DNA of 63,227 nt from Leptospira biflexa (GTDB lineage Bacteria; Spirochaetota; DYNZ01). Positions 16,913 through 25,855 of the stretch are shown in pieces. Position 1 is the stretch's first letter; each line of letters starts with the position of its first letter. Location of the stretch: the NCBI GenBank assembly GCA_020720805.1, contig DYNZ01000006.1, forward strand, positions 22,632 to 85,858, written 5' to 3'. The notes under the pieces are model-generated. The model was given only the letters and a program-made list of their open reading frames with translations, did no database searches and was not told the DNA's origin. Both the position numbers and the translations under genes were made by a program.

Positions 16913-19900
16913 TTGGCTAATATGTCTGCCACGAAAGCAAAAGAAATCCTTTTCAGGATTTTCATCCTTACTTTTTCATCCCTTTTATTCGCAACAGCGC
17001 TCCAGGCTCAATCGGAGTGGGACAATCCAAAAACAGAGGGGAAAACTCTTTCCGCTCAACAGCGCTTAAACCTTCAGCAAAAGTTCCAGAGCTCCTACTT
17101 TTTCTCCCGCCAAGAGTTTTTCGGCCATGAACGCCACAAAAAAATTCCTATCCGCATCTGGCCTTTTTGGGAGAAGGAAGACCATGCCGGCTACTACAGC
17201 CATACAATTTTCTGGCCCCTTTACCAGTTCGAACAAAACAGGGCGTTACTGAACGAGGGATTGCCCAATGCCAAGTGGCAAATCCTGCTGCTCTGGAGCG
17301 GGAAACAGACGCCATTCTGGCGCTCCCTCAATCTCTTCCCGTTTTATTATTTCTGGAAGGAAAGTGCCCTTAGCGGAACTCAGTCACACGATCTCTTGCA
17401 AACAGAACAGCTATTGCTTCTCCCTTTTTATTACCAAAAAGAGAGGTTCAAATCCGCTCCCCAGGAGTTATACTGCGACGAAAGTGCTTCCAGCACCTTG
17501 CAAAGCAGATCTGATCTCCAAGGACAAAACCAAAATGCCGAATTTTTGCCATACCGACTACAAGATGTAGGAGGTGCAGCATTTGCCATGGATGGCAAAA
17601 ATGCTGCCTTGTCAAAACCGGCTCGACCCACTCCGTGTAAATCGGGCAACGAATCTCCTTTTGGTACAAGCCAGCGCAGCCGAATCAGTCACTACTGGAA
17701 TGTACTTTTCCTGGTTGAACGCGAGCGGGATTTCACGAATCATTCGTACAGCACCACTTTACTCTATCATCTGGTGCACTGGTCCTCGCATCCTCTGGGT
17801 CAAACCCATTACGCGCTCCCTTTTTACTATTACCAGCGCCAGCAATTATCTCAGGACGCAGGCCAACGCTTCCTCTGGATTCTGCCATGGATAACCTATA
17901 CCAACAGCTTTGACCAAAAACCCAACCATTCATGGGAATCCAACCATTTCAACCTGATGTTTCTCTACCAATTTTCCCACAGGCGGGAAAAAGATACGAC
18001 GACAGCGAAAAAGCACTCCCTCCTTTTTCATCTGCTCAGCTATGGTTTCCAGCAAAGCCCTACATCTTCCTATTGGAACCTAATGTTTTTGCCCTTGTTC
18101 TATTACAGCCAGGAGAGCGTAAAAAAATCTCCGTTAACCGAAAAGAACCACTCTCTCTTTCTATTTCCGCTGCTCTACAGCGAATACCAGAGCTTCGCCG
18201 ACGGCAAGCGTCCCGTCTGCTCTCCCTCTTACTTTAACCTTCTCTTCCTTTTAGAACATGAAAAATATTGTTATGTTAACAGAGATAGTAACAACGAAAA
18301 AAAAGAGTGGCACTACCTGTTCCGCCTTGGCTATGCAACTTCAAATCGTGATTCGGGCGAATATTATTTCTTGCCATTGTTTTATCATGAGTATAGTCGC
18401 TGGACCACAGGCCGCAGCAGCACTGCTACCTTTGTTTTCCCCTTTTACCTCAGCAATGAGGTCTCCTATGCAGGCGCTCCGGATCTCCAGGCCGCATCTG
18501 GCAAGCGCAGCGAATGGTTAGGGACTCTCTTTAGTAGGATCAGCCAGAACGGTGCAGCAGAATCAAAATATTTCTCTATTCTTCCTCTAATGCATAGATG
18601 GGTGTCACAGGGGGGCGATCATACCCGAAATGTTTTTTTTCCCATCCTGTGGCATCGCAGCCGCAACAGCGGAAACGATCTCGATCTAACTGTTTTCCCC
18701 TTTTTCTGGCTCTATCTGCACCCGCAAAGTAAATATATTAATATATTTCCGCTCTTTCATCTTTCCCAGCATAAAAGAGCCCTGCTCCAGGACTCCGAAT
18801 TGGTCGAAAGACGGGCATCCGCATTTTTTCTGCTCTGGTATCAATATCGCCGATCGATCATCAGGAAAGACAGCCAGGGAAGGCTGCGTGAAGATATCCA
18901 AAGCAAGCAGACGGATATTCTCTACCCCTTGATCTCGTTCCAGGACAACGACGACGAGCGCCACGTGCGTGTATTTCCGCTGTACTGGTTTACCTATTCC
19001 AAGGTAGATCAAAGCCGGTTGCATTTTATCCCTCCATTTTACATGGAGTACCAGGATCGCTCCGAGCGCTACCTCTCGCTTTTCCCTTTTTATGGCAGTT
19101 ACGAGCTGTACGGCCGAAAAAAAATGACATCACTGTTCGGCCCTCTCCACTTCCGAGAAGAGAACTACGAAGATCGGAAAGCGACGGTTTCTCTCTTTTG
19201 GCCGTTTATCTCCGTGACAAAAGAGTTTGAAAATATTGCAGCTCTGGGTCAAAACCCTCTGTCCGCGCCAATCAATCAGAAAAATATCTCTTTCTCGATA
19301 TTTCCGTTGGTATTCTGGAGAATCGAAAAAGATTGGCACAGGAAAATTATTTTTCCCATATACTGGTCTATCGGGGACGATAACCAGACTGCCTCCAACG
19401 CCAGCCAGTTTTATGGAATCCTTCCCCCTATCTATTGGAGCTACCAGGAGGGCAATTATAAGCTGCGCTCCTTTATCTTCCCTTTATGGATTGGCGTACG
19501 CGACTATCGTATCAATTCAGAAGAAAATATCTCCAATCACTACTTACTGTCCGGATTGGCGGCATTCAGAAATCGCACCAGAGGCAGGGAAAATACACTT
19601 CGTGAAAACTGGTTTTTTCCGATTTGGTACTATTATCACAAAAACCCTCCTGATGCAGCCACAGACAGCCAGGTTCAAGAAAGATCGTGGAATCTACTTC
19701 TACTAGTAGACTATAATAGCCAAATTGCAACCCAGAGGAGTACAAGCCACTCCAGATTGGAAAAAAATTTTTGGATCTATCCTCTGTTCTCTCATTATTC
19801 TCAAATGAATAAAAACCTCCATGAAAGTCGATGGAGATACCACTCTCGCGAACGCAGCATGTTGCTACCTGTGTACTATTGGCGCGATGTTCGCTCTATC

Positions 19901-21001
19901 CTGCCAAACTCCTATCATGAGGATAAAATCAGAATCTTTACGCCTGTTATCTGGTGGATGAATACTCTCCAGGAAACCGTCACCTGGAAAACCGTCCCGG
20001 ATCTTTTGGGAACTCCTGAAAAAACACCCCGTGAGGTAAATGCGCTCCAGAATGATTTTACTGTCCACTTATGGCCTCTCTTTTTTTATCGAAGCGAGCA
20101 GCAAAGCGATAAAGATTGTCGGGGGGCGGAGTGCCCTCTTGTGCGAAGATCCGATCTCCAGGAGTACGGCACCTTATGGCCCTTTATTCGACGCAAGACC
20201 TTTACCAGTTACGATACCAACCATTATAGCTCGGCAACCTGGGCGCTCTTTCCTATCAGCGGCTGGACCAATGAGTACAACTACGCAAATGTCCTGAATG
20301 GTAAATACACAAGAGAGTGGTATATTTTACGTCTAGTTATGCAGGGAGAGCACCTAATGTCCGAGGGCAATGCAGACCATAGAATGGATTGGCTCTACCC
20401 CTTTGGCAATTTGCGCTATAAAACAACAGGAACATCCAGAGAGTACTCCTTTGATCCATTATGGCCTCTTGTCCACTACAGCATCCGTCATAAATGGCAC
20501 CAGGAAGATCCTGAAGAGCTCTTAAAAAACAGCAATTACAGGCTCTACCTCCTTCCCCTAGTTTGGTCAGAACAGCTACATAGTGGAGAAGAGCTACTGG
20601 AAAGTACACATTGGCTCTTTCCCCTCTTTTACAAAGATTTTCAACGTGAAAGAAATGCATTGACCATAATCTCGCTTCCTTGGCAATATTTTGCCAATGC
20701 TACGGAGAAGGAGTGGTTTTTCCTAGGGCCAGTCATGATGTATGAAGAAAGCATTGACAAACCTGGAAAAGAAAATGTCAGCGATCTCCGCTTCTTGTGG
20801 TCGGTGTTCCGTTATTACCATAAATGGACGCCAGGTAGCCGCGATATTTACTCTAACCACCTGTTTTTAATCTACAATTACGAACGGGAAAAATCAGAAA
20901 AACTGGATTACACCTATTTTTCTCTGCTAAAATTTGTTTACATCTACGAGAGGGAACAGGATAAAACAACCAACCGACTATTCTACTTTATCAAATGGTG
21001 A
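16913..21001 (+). CDS. Giant secreted aromatic-repeat protein (1362 aa), unknown function
   Basis: Signal peptide (…FATALQA-QSEW). Dozens of ~25-30-aa repeats with core ΦΦ(F/L/Y)P(L/F/I)(F/Y/W)(Y/W), e.g. LFPFYYFW, FLPLFYYS, FFPIWYYY, LFPLFYKDF. Very rich in W/F/Y/H. Confidence 0.8.
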   Translation: MANMSATKAKEILFRIFILTFSSLLFATALQAQSEWDNPKTEGKTLSAQQRLNLQQKFQSSYFFSRQEFFGHERHKKIPIRIWPFWEKEDHAGYYSHTIFWPLYQFEQNRALLNEGLPNAKWQILLLWSGKQTPFWRSLNLFPFYYFWKESALSGTQSHDLLQTEQLLLLPFYYQKERFKSAPQELYCDESASSTLQSRSDLQGQNQNAEFLPYRLQDVGGAAFAMDGKNAALSKPARPTPCKSGNESPFGTSQRSRISHYWNVLFLVERERDFTNHSYSTTLLYHLVHWSSHPLGQTHYALPFYYYQRQQLSQDAGQRFLWILPWITYTNSFDQKPNHSWESNHFNLMFLYQFSHRREKDTTTAKKHSLLFHLLSYGFQQSPTSSYWNLMFLPLFYYSQESVKKSPLTEKNHSLFLFPLLYSEYQSFADGKRPVCSPSYFNLLFLLEHEKYCYVNRDSNNEKKEWHYLFRLGYATSNRDSGEYYFLPLFYHEYSRWTTGRSSTATFVFPFYLSNEVSYAGAPDLQAASGKRSEWLGTLFSRISQNGAAESKYFSILPLMHRWVSQGGDHTRNVFFPILWHRSRNSGNDLDLTVFPFFWLYLHPQSKYINIFPLFHLSQHKRALLQDSELVERRASAFFLLWYQYRRSIIRKDSQGRLREDIQSKQTDILYPLISFQDNDDERHVRVFPLYWFTYSKVDQSRLHFIPPFYMEYQDRSERYLSLFPFYGSYELYGRKKMTSLFGPLHFREENYEDRKATVSLFWPFISVTKEFENIAALGQNPLSAPINQKNISFSIFPLVFWRIEKDWHRKIIFPIYWSIGDDNQTASNASQFYGILPPIYWSYQEGNYKLRSFIFPLWIGVRDYRINSEENISNHYLLSGLAAFRNRTRGRENTLRENWFFPIWYYYHKNPPDAATDSQVQERSWNLLLLVDYNSQIATQRSTSHSRLEKNFWIYPLFSHYSQMNKNLHESRWRYHSRERSMLLPVYYWRDVRSILPNSYHEDKIRIFTPVIWWMNTLQETVTWKTVPDLLGTPEKTPREVNALQNDFTVHLWPLFFYRSEQQSDKDCRGAECPLVRRSDLQEYGTLWPFIRRKTFTSYDTNHYSSATWALFPISGWTNEYNYANVLNGKYTREWYILRLVMQGEHLMSEGNADHRMDWLYPFGNLRYKTTGTSREYSFDPLWPLVHYSIRHKWHQEDPEELLKNSNYRLYLLPLVWSEQLHSGEELLESTHWLFPLFYKDFQRERNALTIISLPWQYFANATEKEWFFLGPVMMYEESIDKPGKENVSDLRFLWSVFRYYHKWTPGSRDIYSNHLFLIYNYEREKSEKLDYTYFSLLKFVYIYEREQDKTTNRLFYFIKW

Positions 21002-21006
21002 TACCT

Positions 21007-21525
21007 ATGGAACAAATGCCCTTTTCCCTGGTTGGAATCGCACCAGAATGGATCGCCGTAATCCTATTTTTCTTGGTTCTGGTTTTCATCGCTTTTTTTT
21101 ACCGAAAAGGAACCCTTGATAAACTTGAAGGACTGAAGGGCGAATCCATCTTGGCAGAGGAAGAGCCAGTACGTGTTGAACAAACAGGAGGACCGCGAAC
21201 TACAATCTTTCCCCGCTGTAAAATACGCCTTACCACGCATCGCCTGATTATAGCGCAAAAAGTTCCTCTCCGCAAACATCTATATGTGCTCCGGGCAGTA
21301 ATTTTGCTTTACCAGGGGGAAAACAGAACAGAACTGGGAAGTACGCTGCGATCAGGTTATCTTCAATTAGCCTTGAGGCCAAAGGAGTTAACAATCCAGG
21401 AGATCGCTTCGTCCCTAAAAGTAAACATTGCCATACCATCGTCAGCGCTCACCATTCAGGCAGGACTCTCCTTTTCCCTGCAAACTGAAGAGGCAACCAA
21501 GGCATTTCGGAACCTTATCGCGTAA
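21007..21525 (+). CDS. Small N-terminally membrane-anchored protein, possibly bacterial PH (bPH)-like (ORF open from 20995)
   Basis: One TM helix (IAVILFFLVLVFIAFF) followed by a ~140-aa soluble domain. Starts 6 nt after the giant gene stop. Confidence 0.3.
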   Translation: MEQMPFSLVGIAPEWIAVILFFLVLVFIAFFYRKGTLDKLEGLKGESILAEEEPVRVEQTGGPRTTIFPRCKIRLTTHRLIIAQKVPLRKHLYVLRAVILLYQGENRTELGSTLRSGYLQLALRPKELTIQEIASSLKVNIAIPSSALTIQAGLSFSLQTEEATKAFRNLIA

Positions 21526-21542
21526 CGAATGGTCTTAAATAT

Positions 21543-22253
21543 TTGTGGAAAATGGTTTACTCTTACAGCAGACACGAGAGATCATTGCTGACACAATTGT
21601 TTTTGTTAAGGAGCGTTATGAAAACTGCAATAAGTCCCGTTTTACCTTATCTACTCTCCAGCTTGACTATCCTTATCTCCTGTCAAAATACCCTGCCCTC
21701 ATGGGTAACGCTGGGTGAAGCACCGGCAAGGGTAGCTATTCTCAGGCCTGATGACGTCATCAAAAAAATGAAAATCCGCAAAGGAGAGATCATAGCAGAT
21801 ATTGGTGCAGGTAGCGGTCTCTTCTCCCGCCCTCTGGCGCTGGCAACGGGAGCAACTGGCAAAGTTTACGCATACGATATCAACAAAGATTTAGTTGATT
21901 TTATGAACCGTGATGCCGCTGCCAGAAAAATTGACAACATGGTAGCAGTAAGCATTGACGCAACAAACCCCAACTTCCAGGGGAATCGATTTGATACTGT
22001 GTTTCTTGCAGATACCTATCACCATATAGATAACAGAAGCGATTATTTCCAGAAACTGCGAGCTCATATAACACCGCAAGGTAGGGTTGTAATTCTTGAT
22101 TTTCACAAACAGCAAGCCCCGTTCGGTCCTCCCCTAAGCCATAAACTGGAAAAAAAAGTTGTAATTGAAGAGATGAAAAAGGCAGGATATCAACTTGCGC
22201 TAAGCGATGATTTTATCCAGTATCACTACTACCTTGAATTTCGATTAAAATAA
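21543..22253 (+). CDS. Class I SAM-dependent methyltransferase (probable start MKTAIS at 21618, with signal/lipoprotein-like N-terminus)
   Basis: Motif I IADIGAGSGLFS and an acidic motif II VYAYDIN. Confidence 0.6.
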   Translation: MWKMVYSYSRHERSLLTQLFLLRSVMKTAISPVLPYLLSSLTILISCQNTLPSWVTLGEAPARVAILRPDDVIKKMKIRKGEIIADIGAGSGLFSRPLALATGATGKVYAYDINKDLVDFMNRDAAARKIDNMVAVSIDATNPNFQGNRFDTVFLADTYHHIDNRSDYFQKLRAHITPQGRVVILDFHKQQAPFGPPLSHKLEKKVVIEEMKKAGYQLALSDDFIQYHYYLEFRLK

Positions 22254-23435
22254 TTTTTTAACAACCGGGTCGCTGTCGCGAAGGATACGACGTAACCTGC
22301 CGCGATACCCTTCGGATGCATTCACAAAAAATCCGCCAACGACATAGCCACCGTCATCCACATTCTCCTGCACCCAGGTCACTTTGACGGTAAAGAGAAA
22401 GGGCTCCTTAACTTGTTCCGCAATAACCGATAACGTAACGACATCATTAAGCTCCAGCTTTTCTGCGGCAACAAAGCTGATACCATTAATAGAGATATCA
22501 CGACTTTGCGAGGGCTTCTCCTCTCCCTGCCGCTTGTAACGGACATCCCAGGAGACCGGCATCCGGATCTCCCTGCGCTTATCCTCTGATTGGGAAATAA
22601 TCATATTTTTGCCAGACTTCTTGGCGATATACAGATTTTTATCGGCGCGCTCTAACAGCTCAACAGTATCCAGAGCGTCCTCAGGAAAGCTGGCCACACC
22701 TCCGCTCAGGGACAAGCGGGTCTTTTCCAGGTGCAGTCCATGGAACTCTTCCCGGATTTTATTTGCAGCAGAACAGGCCTTGCCGCTGGTTGCATCTGGC
22801 AATATGAGAAGGAACTCCTCCTCGCCAATGCGGCAGATGGTATCCTCGCTGCGAATATTATCCAAAAAAACATCTGCCAGACTTTTTAGCACCTGATCGC
22901 CACGCGGATGTCCATAGGTGTCATTTAAAAACTTAAAATTATCAATATCAAAGAGAATGATGGCAAAAGGTCTGCGGTAGCGGCGAGATATCTTCCACTC
23001 TCGCTCCAGGCGATCATTGCAGTATCGTCGGTTAAATAGGCCTGTCAGCTCGTCTACCAGCATCAGGTTTTCCTTATCCTGATAAACGGAAAACTCTATA
23101 ATCTTGGGATTGCTGAGTTGCGGATTCATGTTTGTTAGATAATCAAACATAGCAACCCGAAAGCCCGGATTCCGACCGAGAGCCTCCGTCATCGCGTTCT
23201 GATGCTCTATAGTCTCAAAAAAAATATCTTCGGCACGCTCTTCTGCCAGGTCAAGCCCTGCCAGCAGATGAAACAACTGTGAAAAAACCTGCTTTCCAAA
23301 ACGCTGGCTTAGATCCTGAAAGCAGATCCAAGAGTTTTGATGAGCGTCGCAATGCACATCCAATAGTCGAAGAATTTCTCTTTCTACCTCAGGCTTCTGA
23401 AGCTGGACATTCTCATGAATATACATATACGCCAC
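22245..23435 (-). CDS. Degenerate GGDEF (GEEEF) domain fused to C-terminal PilZ domain; N-terminal ~120 aa unknown (396 aa)
   Basis: GGDEF-fold signatures DELTGLFNRRY and FAIILFDIDNFKFLNDTYGHPRGD, but the active-site motif reads RIGEEEF (second Gly replaced). PilZ motifs RREIR and DISINGISF. Confidence 0.7.
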   Translation of the reverse strand: MAYMYIHENVQLQKPEVEREILRLLDVHCDAHQNSWICFQDLSQRFGKQVFSQLFHLLAGLDLAEERAEDIFFETIEHQNAMTEALGRNPGFRVAMFDYLTNMNPQLSNPKIIEFSVYQDKENLMLVDELTGLFNRRYCNDRLEREWKISRRYRRPFAIILFDIDNFKFLNDTYGHPRGDQVLKSLADVFLDNIRSEDTICRIGEEEFLLILPDATSGKACSAANKIREEFHGLHLEKTRLSLSGGVASFPEDALDTVELLERADKNLYIAKKSGKNMIISQSEDKRREIRMPVSWDVRYKRQGEEKPSQSRDISINGISFVAAEKLELNDVVTLSVIAEQVKEPFLFTVKVTWVQENVDDGGYVVGGFFVNASEGYRGRLRRILRDSDPVVKKLF

Positions 23436-23555
23436 ATCTTATTTCTAAACTGCTTCATCGGCAGTTCGTATGGAATTTATATTTACTTACAACCTATGAC
23501 GTATATTTAGGAAAATTTTTAGTAAAAAATGCACAAAAAGCAATTTTTTTTAAAT

Positions 23556-23891
23556 TTAGATTGAAAGTACCTTCATATCACTTTGCAGCCACTCGGATAA
23601 GGGTTTTCCTAAGTAGCGAACCGTAATACCAAGAGATTTGAATAGATCCGATACTCCATAGGAGTCTGCACAAGCCTTACATGCCTCGACAATGACACCG
23701 CTTGTGATCATGGCCTTGATCTGTTCCTGAAGATCGCTATTTTCACTAAGCAGGCGGGCAGACGCACCCCAGATTACCAGCCGGATTTCATCCCACCACT
23801 GGTACTTTTGTGCATTTGTCGTGTACATAAATACCATTTTCTGAGCAACCTCCTGGTCGCCGCTGGTCCATAATACCACCAGATGATTCAT
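23556..23891 (-). CDS. DsrE/DsrF/TusD-like small protein (111 aa)
   Basis: Size, fold-like pattern and conserved Cys (EACKACADSYG) resemble the DsrE family. Confidence 0.4.
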   Translation of the reverse strand: MNHLVVLWTSGDQEVAQKMVFMYTTNAQKYQWWDEIRLVIWGASARLLSENSDLQEQIKAMITSGVIVEACKACADSYGVSDLFKSLGITVRYLGKPLSEWLQSDMKVLSI

Positions 23892-24114
23892 TGTAGCCTC
23901 CTATGCAACGGTATACCTCTGCATCCTTATGAAAGGTTGAATCTCAATTATCCAATCTTTTTTTGAAAAAATTAGAAAAACCATTGCGATACAGCACCAA
24001 ATTCTGATTTGGAAATTTTTTCCATGTTTCATTTTTTCATTTGCCAAATAATGATCTTTTGTCGAACTTGTTTCTAAAGAATGGTTAAATTTATTGAGGT
24101 TCCACTAAGGCGCA

Positions 24115-24730
24115 TGAAGAAACAAGGGATGCCAGAAAAATTCTGATTGTTGACGATGACCCTGCCTCCCAACTAATGCTGGAACGTGCCCTGCAATCGC
24201 AGGGATGGAAGGTTACCATAGCCGGAAATGGCCAACAGGCTCTCCAAATTCTCAATGACCAAAAAAATGAATTTTTTCTTCTCATCATTGATATCAAAAT
24301 GCCTGTCATGAATGGCCTGGATTTCCTGCAGCAGGCTCATAAAAAATATCCTATTCTTGAATTTTTAATCCTGACTGCGGATGCCTCCGTTGATACGGTG
24401 CAGGAGGCTTTTAAGTATGGAGCCACAAAATTCTATACCAAACCCCTCTCGAATAGCGAACTGGAGTTTATCACACGCAAAGCAAACCAACTCTATTCCA
24501 TACGCGAACAGAGCCTACTCTTTTTACAGCGCTACACCCAAAAGGAGATACAGGATCTCGCAATCAAGGAAAACCAGCTACTGACAGAGGTACTTACCCA
24601 GGAGTTTATCAAGTTAGAAAACCAATATACCGAGCTTCTGCAATTTGTGCGGAAAAACCAATCCAAACTGGAGGTGCCTCCGGCTATTCGAGTTCTATTG
24701 GATAATGGCACAGACTACCAGGAGCTCTAA
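24115..24730 (+). CDS. CheY-like receiver domain protein with ~75-aa coiled-coil C-terminal extension; start region frameshifted at an A5 tract (ORF track start 24176)
   Basis: The receiver begins RKILIVDDDP upstream of the first in-frame ATG. ATG at 24115 (MKKQGMPEK) is in the -1 frame and would join with A6 instead of A5 at 24135-24139. Phospho-acceptor LLIIDIKMP and conserved FYTKP present. Confidence 0.6.
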
Positions 24731-24735
24731 AGCGT

Positions 24736-25332
24736 CTATGCCGGTAGAATGAGTTCACTCCAGGCTGATCGATTCCCCAATTGCTCCTGCAATAGTGAAT
24801 AGTAAAAAAAGGCGTTCAAGACCAACGAGTGATGAATCTCTCCCCGACGTATCATATCAGGAATCTCCCGCAGAGGAACCAGAAGAGTACGGATATCTTC
24901 ATTTTCATCGAGATTTAGCTTTCCCGTAGCCTGAACAGGGTACTGTAGAAATGAGTGACAGCGGTTATTATGGGTGGCCGGATTAGGCTGAACCATACCA
25001 AGGGGAATAGCTCGCCCCCCCTCATATCCAGTCTCCTCCAATAGCTCCCGTTGCGCCGCAGTTAAAGGATCTTCGCCAGGCTCTGACAGCCCACCCGGAA
25101 TCTCAAGAGTGAAAGCACGCTCACCCATCCGAAATTGCTGGATCAACACAACATCGAAATCTTTTGTGACAGGGATGATATTGACCCATTCAGGATTCTC
25201 TAAAATAAAAAAGTTATGTGTCTTATTGCGTCCTTTCAGGGTTGCCCTGATCCGCACAACATCAAAAATACGGCATGAGAATACGCTCTCTTCATCTTCA
25301 ATGAGCCATGGTTCCAATTTTTCCGGTTGCAA
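24736..25332 (-). CDS. NUDIX hydrolase (198 aa)
   Basis: Nudix box GGLSEPGEDPLTAAQRELLEETGYEG. Confidence 0.8.
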   Translation of the reverse strand: MQPEKLEPWLIEDEESVFSCRIFDVVRIRATLKGRNKTHNFFILENPEWVNIIPVTKDFDVVLIQQFRMGERAFTLEIPGGLSEPGEDPLTAAQRELLEETGYEGGRAIPLGMVQPNPATHNNRCHSFLQYPVQATGKLNLDENEDIRTLLVPLREIPDMIRRGEIHHSLVLNAFFYYSLLQEQLGNRSAWSELILPA

Positions 25333-25516
25333 TGGGGATTCCTTTCCTGCAGATCATAACAGTATGTGAAAACAACTCCATACATGTCTGTCAAACGAGA
25401 TGATGACCATACTCCTGACAATCCAGAATCCCTTCAAAAATGCCTACTGTTTTTTTATCCCACCCCAAAAAAGTAGCTTGAAAGAGTGAATCCATTCTGA
25501 AGAAACTCCTACTAGA

Positions 25517-25789
25517 CTGATAAGAATCGATGCTTCGATATACTCGAAACACTTTGGTTCTCGGGTTTTATACTGGCTAAAGGGTGCGTCGACATCGCTG
25601 GCATTGCCTTGCGATATCCGAAAACCAAAATGCCTTTAGTATAAACTTGGATGGTGAGCCTGCGATGCATCGAGCTTGTCGAGAAGTCGAACTACAGCAT
25701 AAGATTTACTTCGATAGACTCAGTACAAGTGAACGGTTGGGCAATGCCATAATCGCGTCCTTTTGGTACAAAGTTCATGGCAGACGGTA
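25517..25789. repeat. Family A repeat (subfamily 2) with a nested family D MITE insertion at 25541-25642 (TA duplicated)
   Basis: The A left end ...atcgatgcttcgaTA is interrupted by tactcgaaac...cctttagta, then TAaac... continues. Same D element at 47903-48003, 62780-62880 and split at 49141-49377. ORF 25584..25805 is spurious. Confidence 0.7.
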
Positions 25790-25855
25790 TTCATTCGATA
25801 TATAATGAAAATTGACCGAAAACGCACATTTTCATTGCCGTAGGAAGGTGGAATT

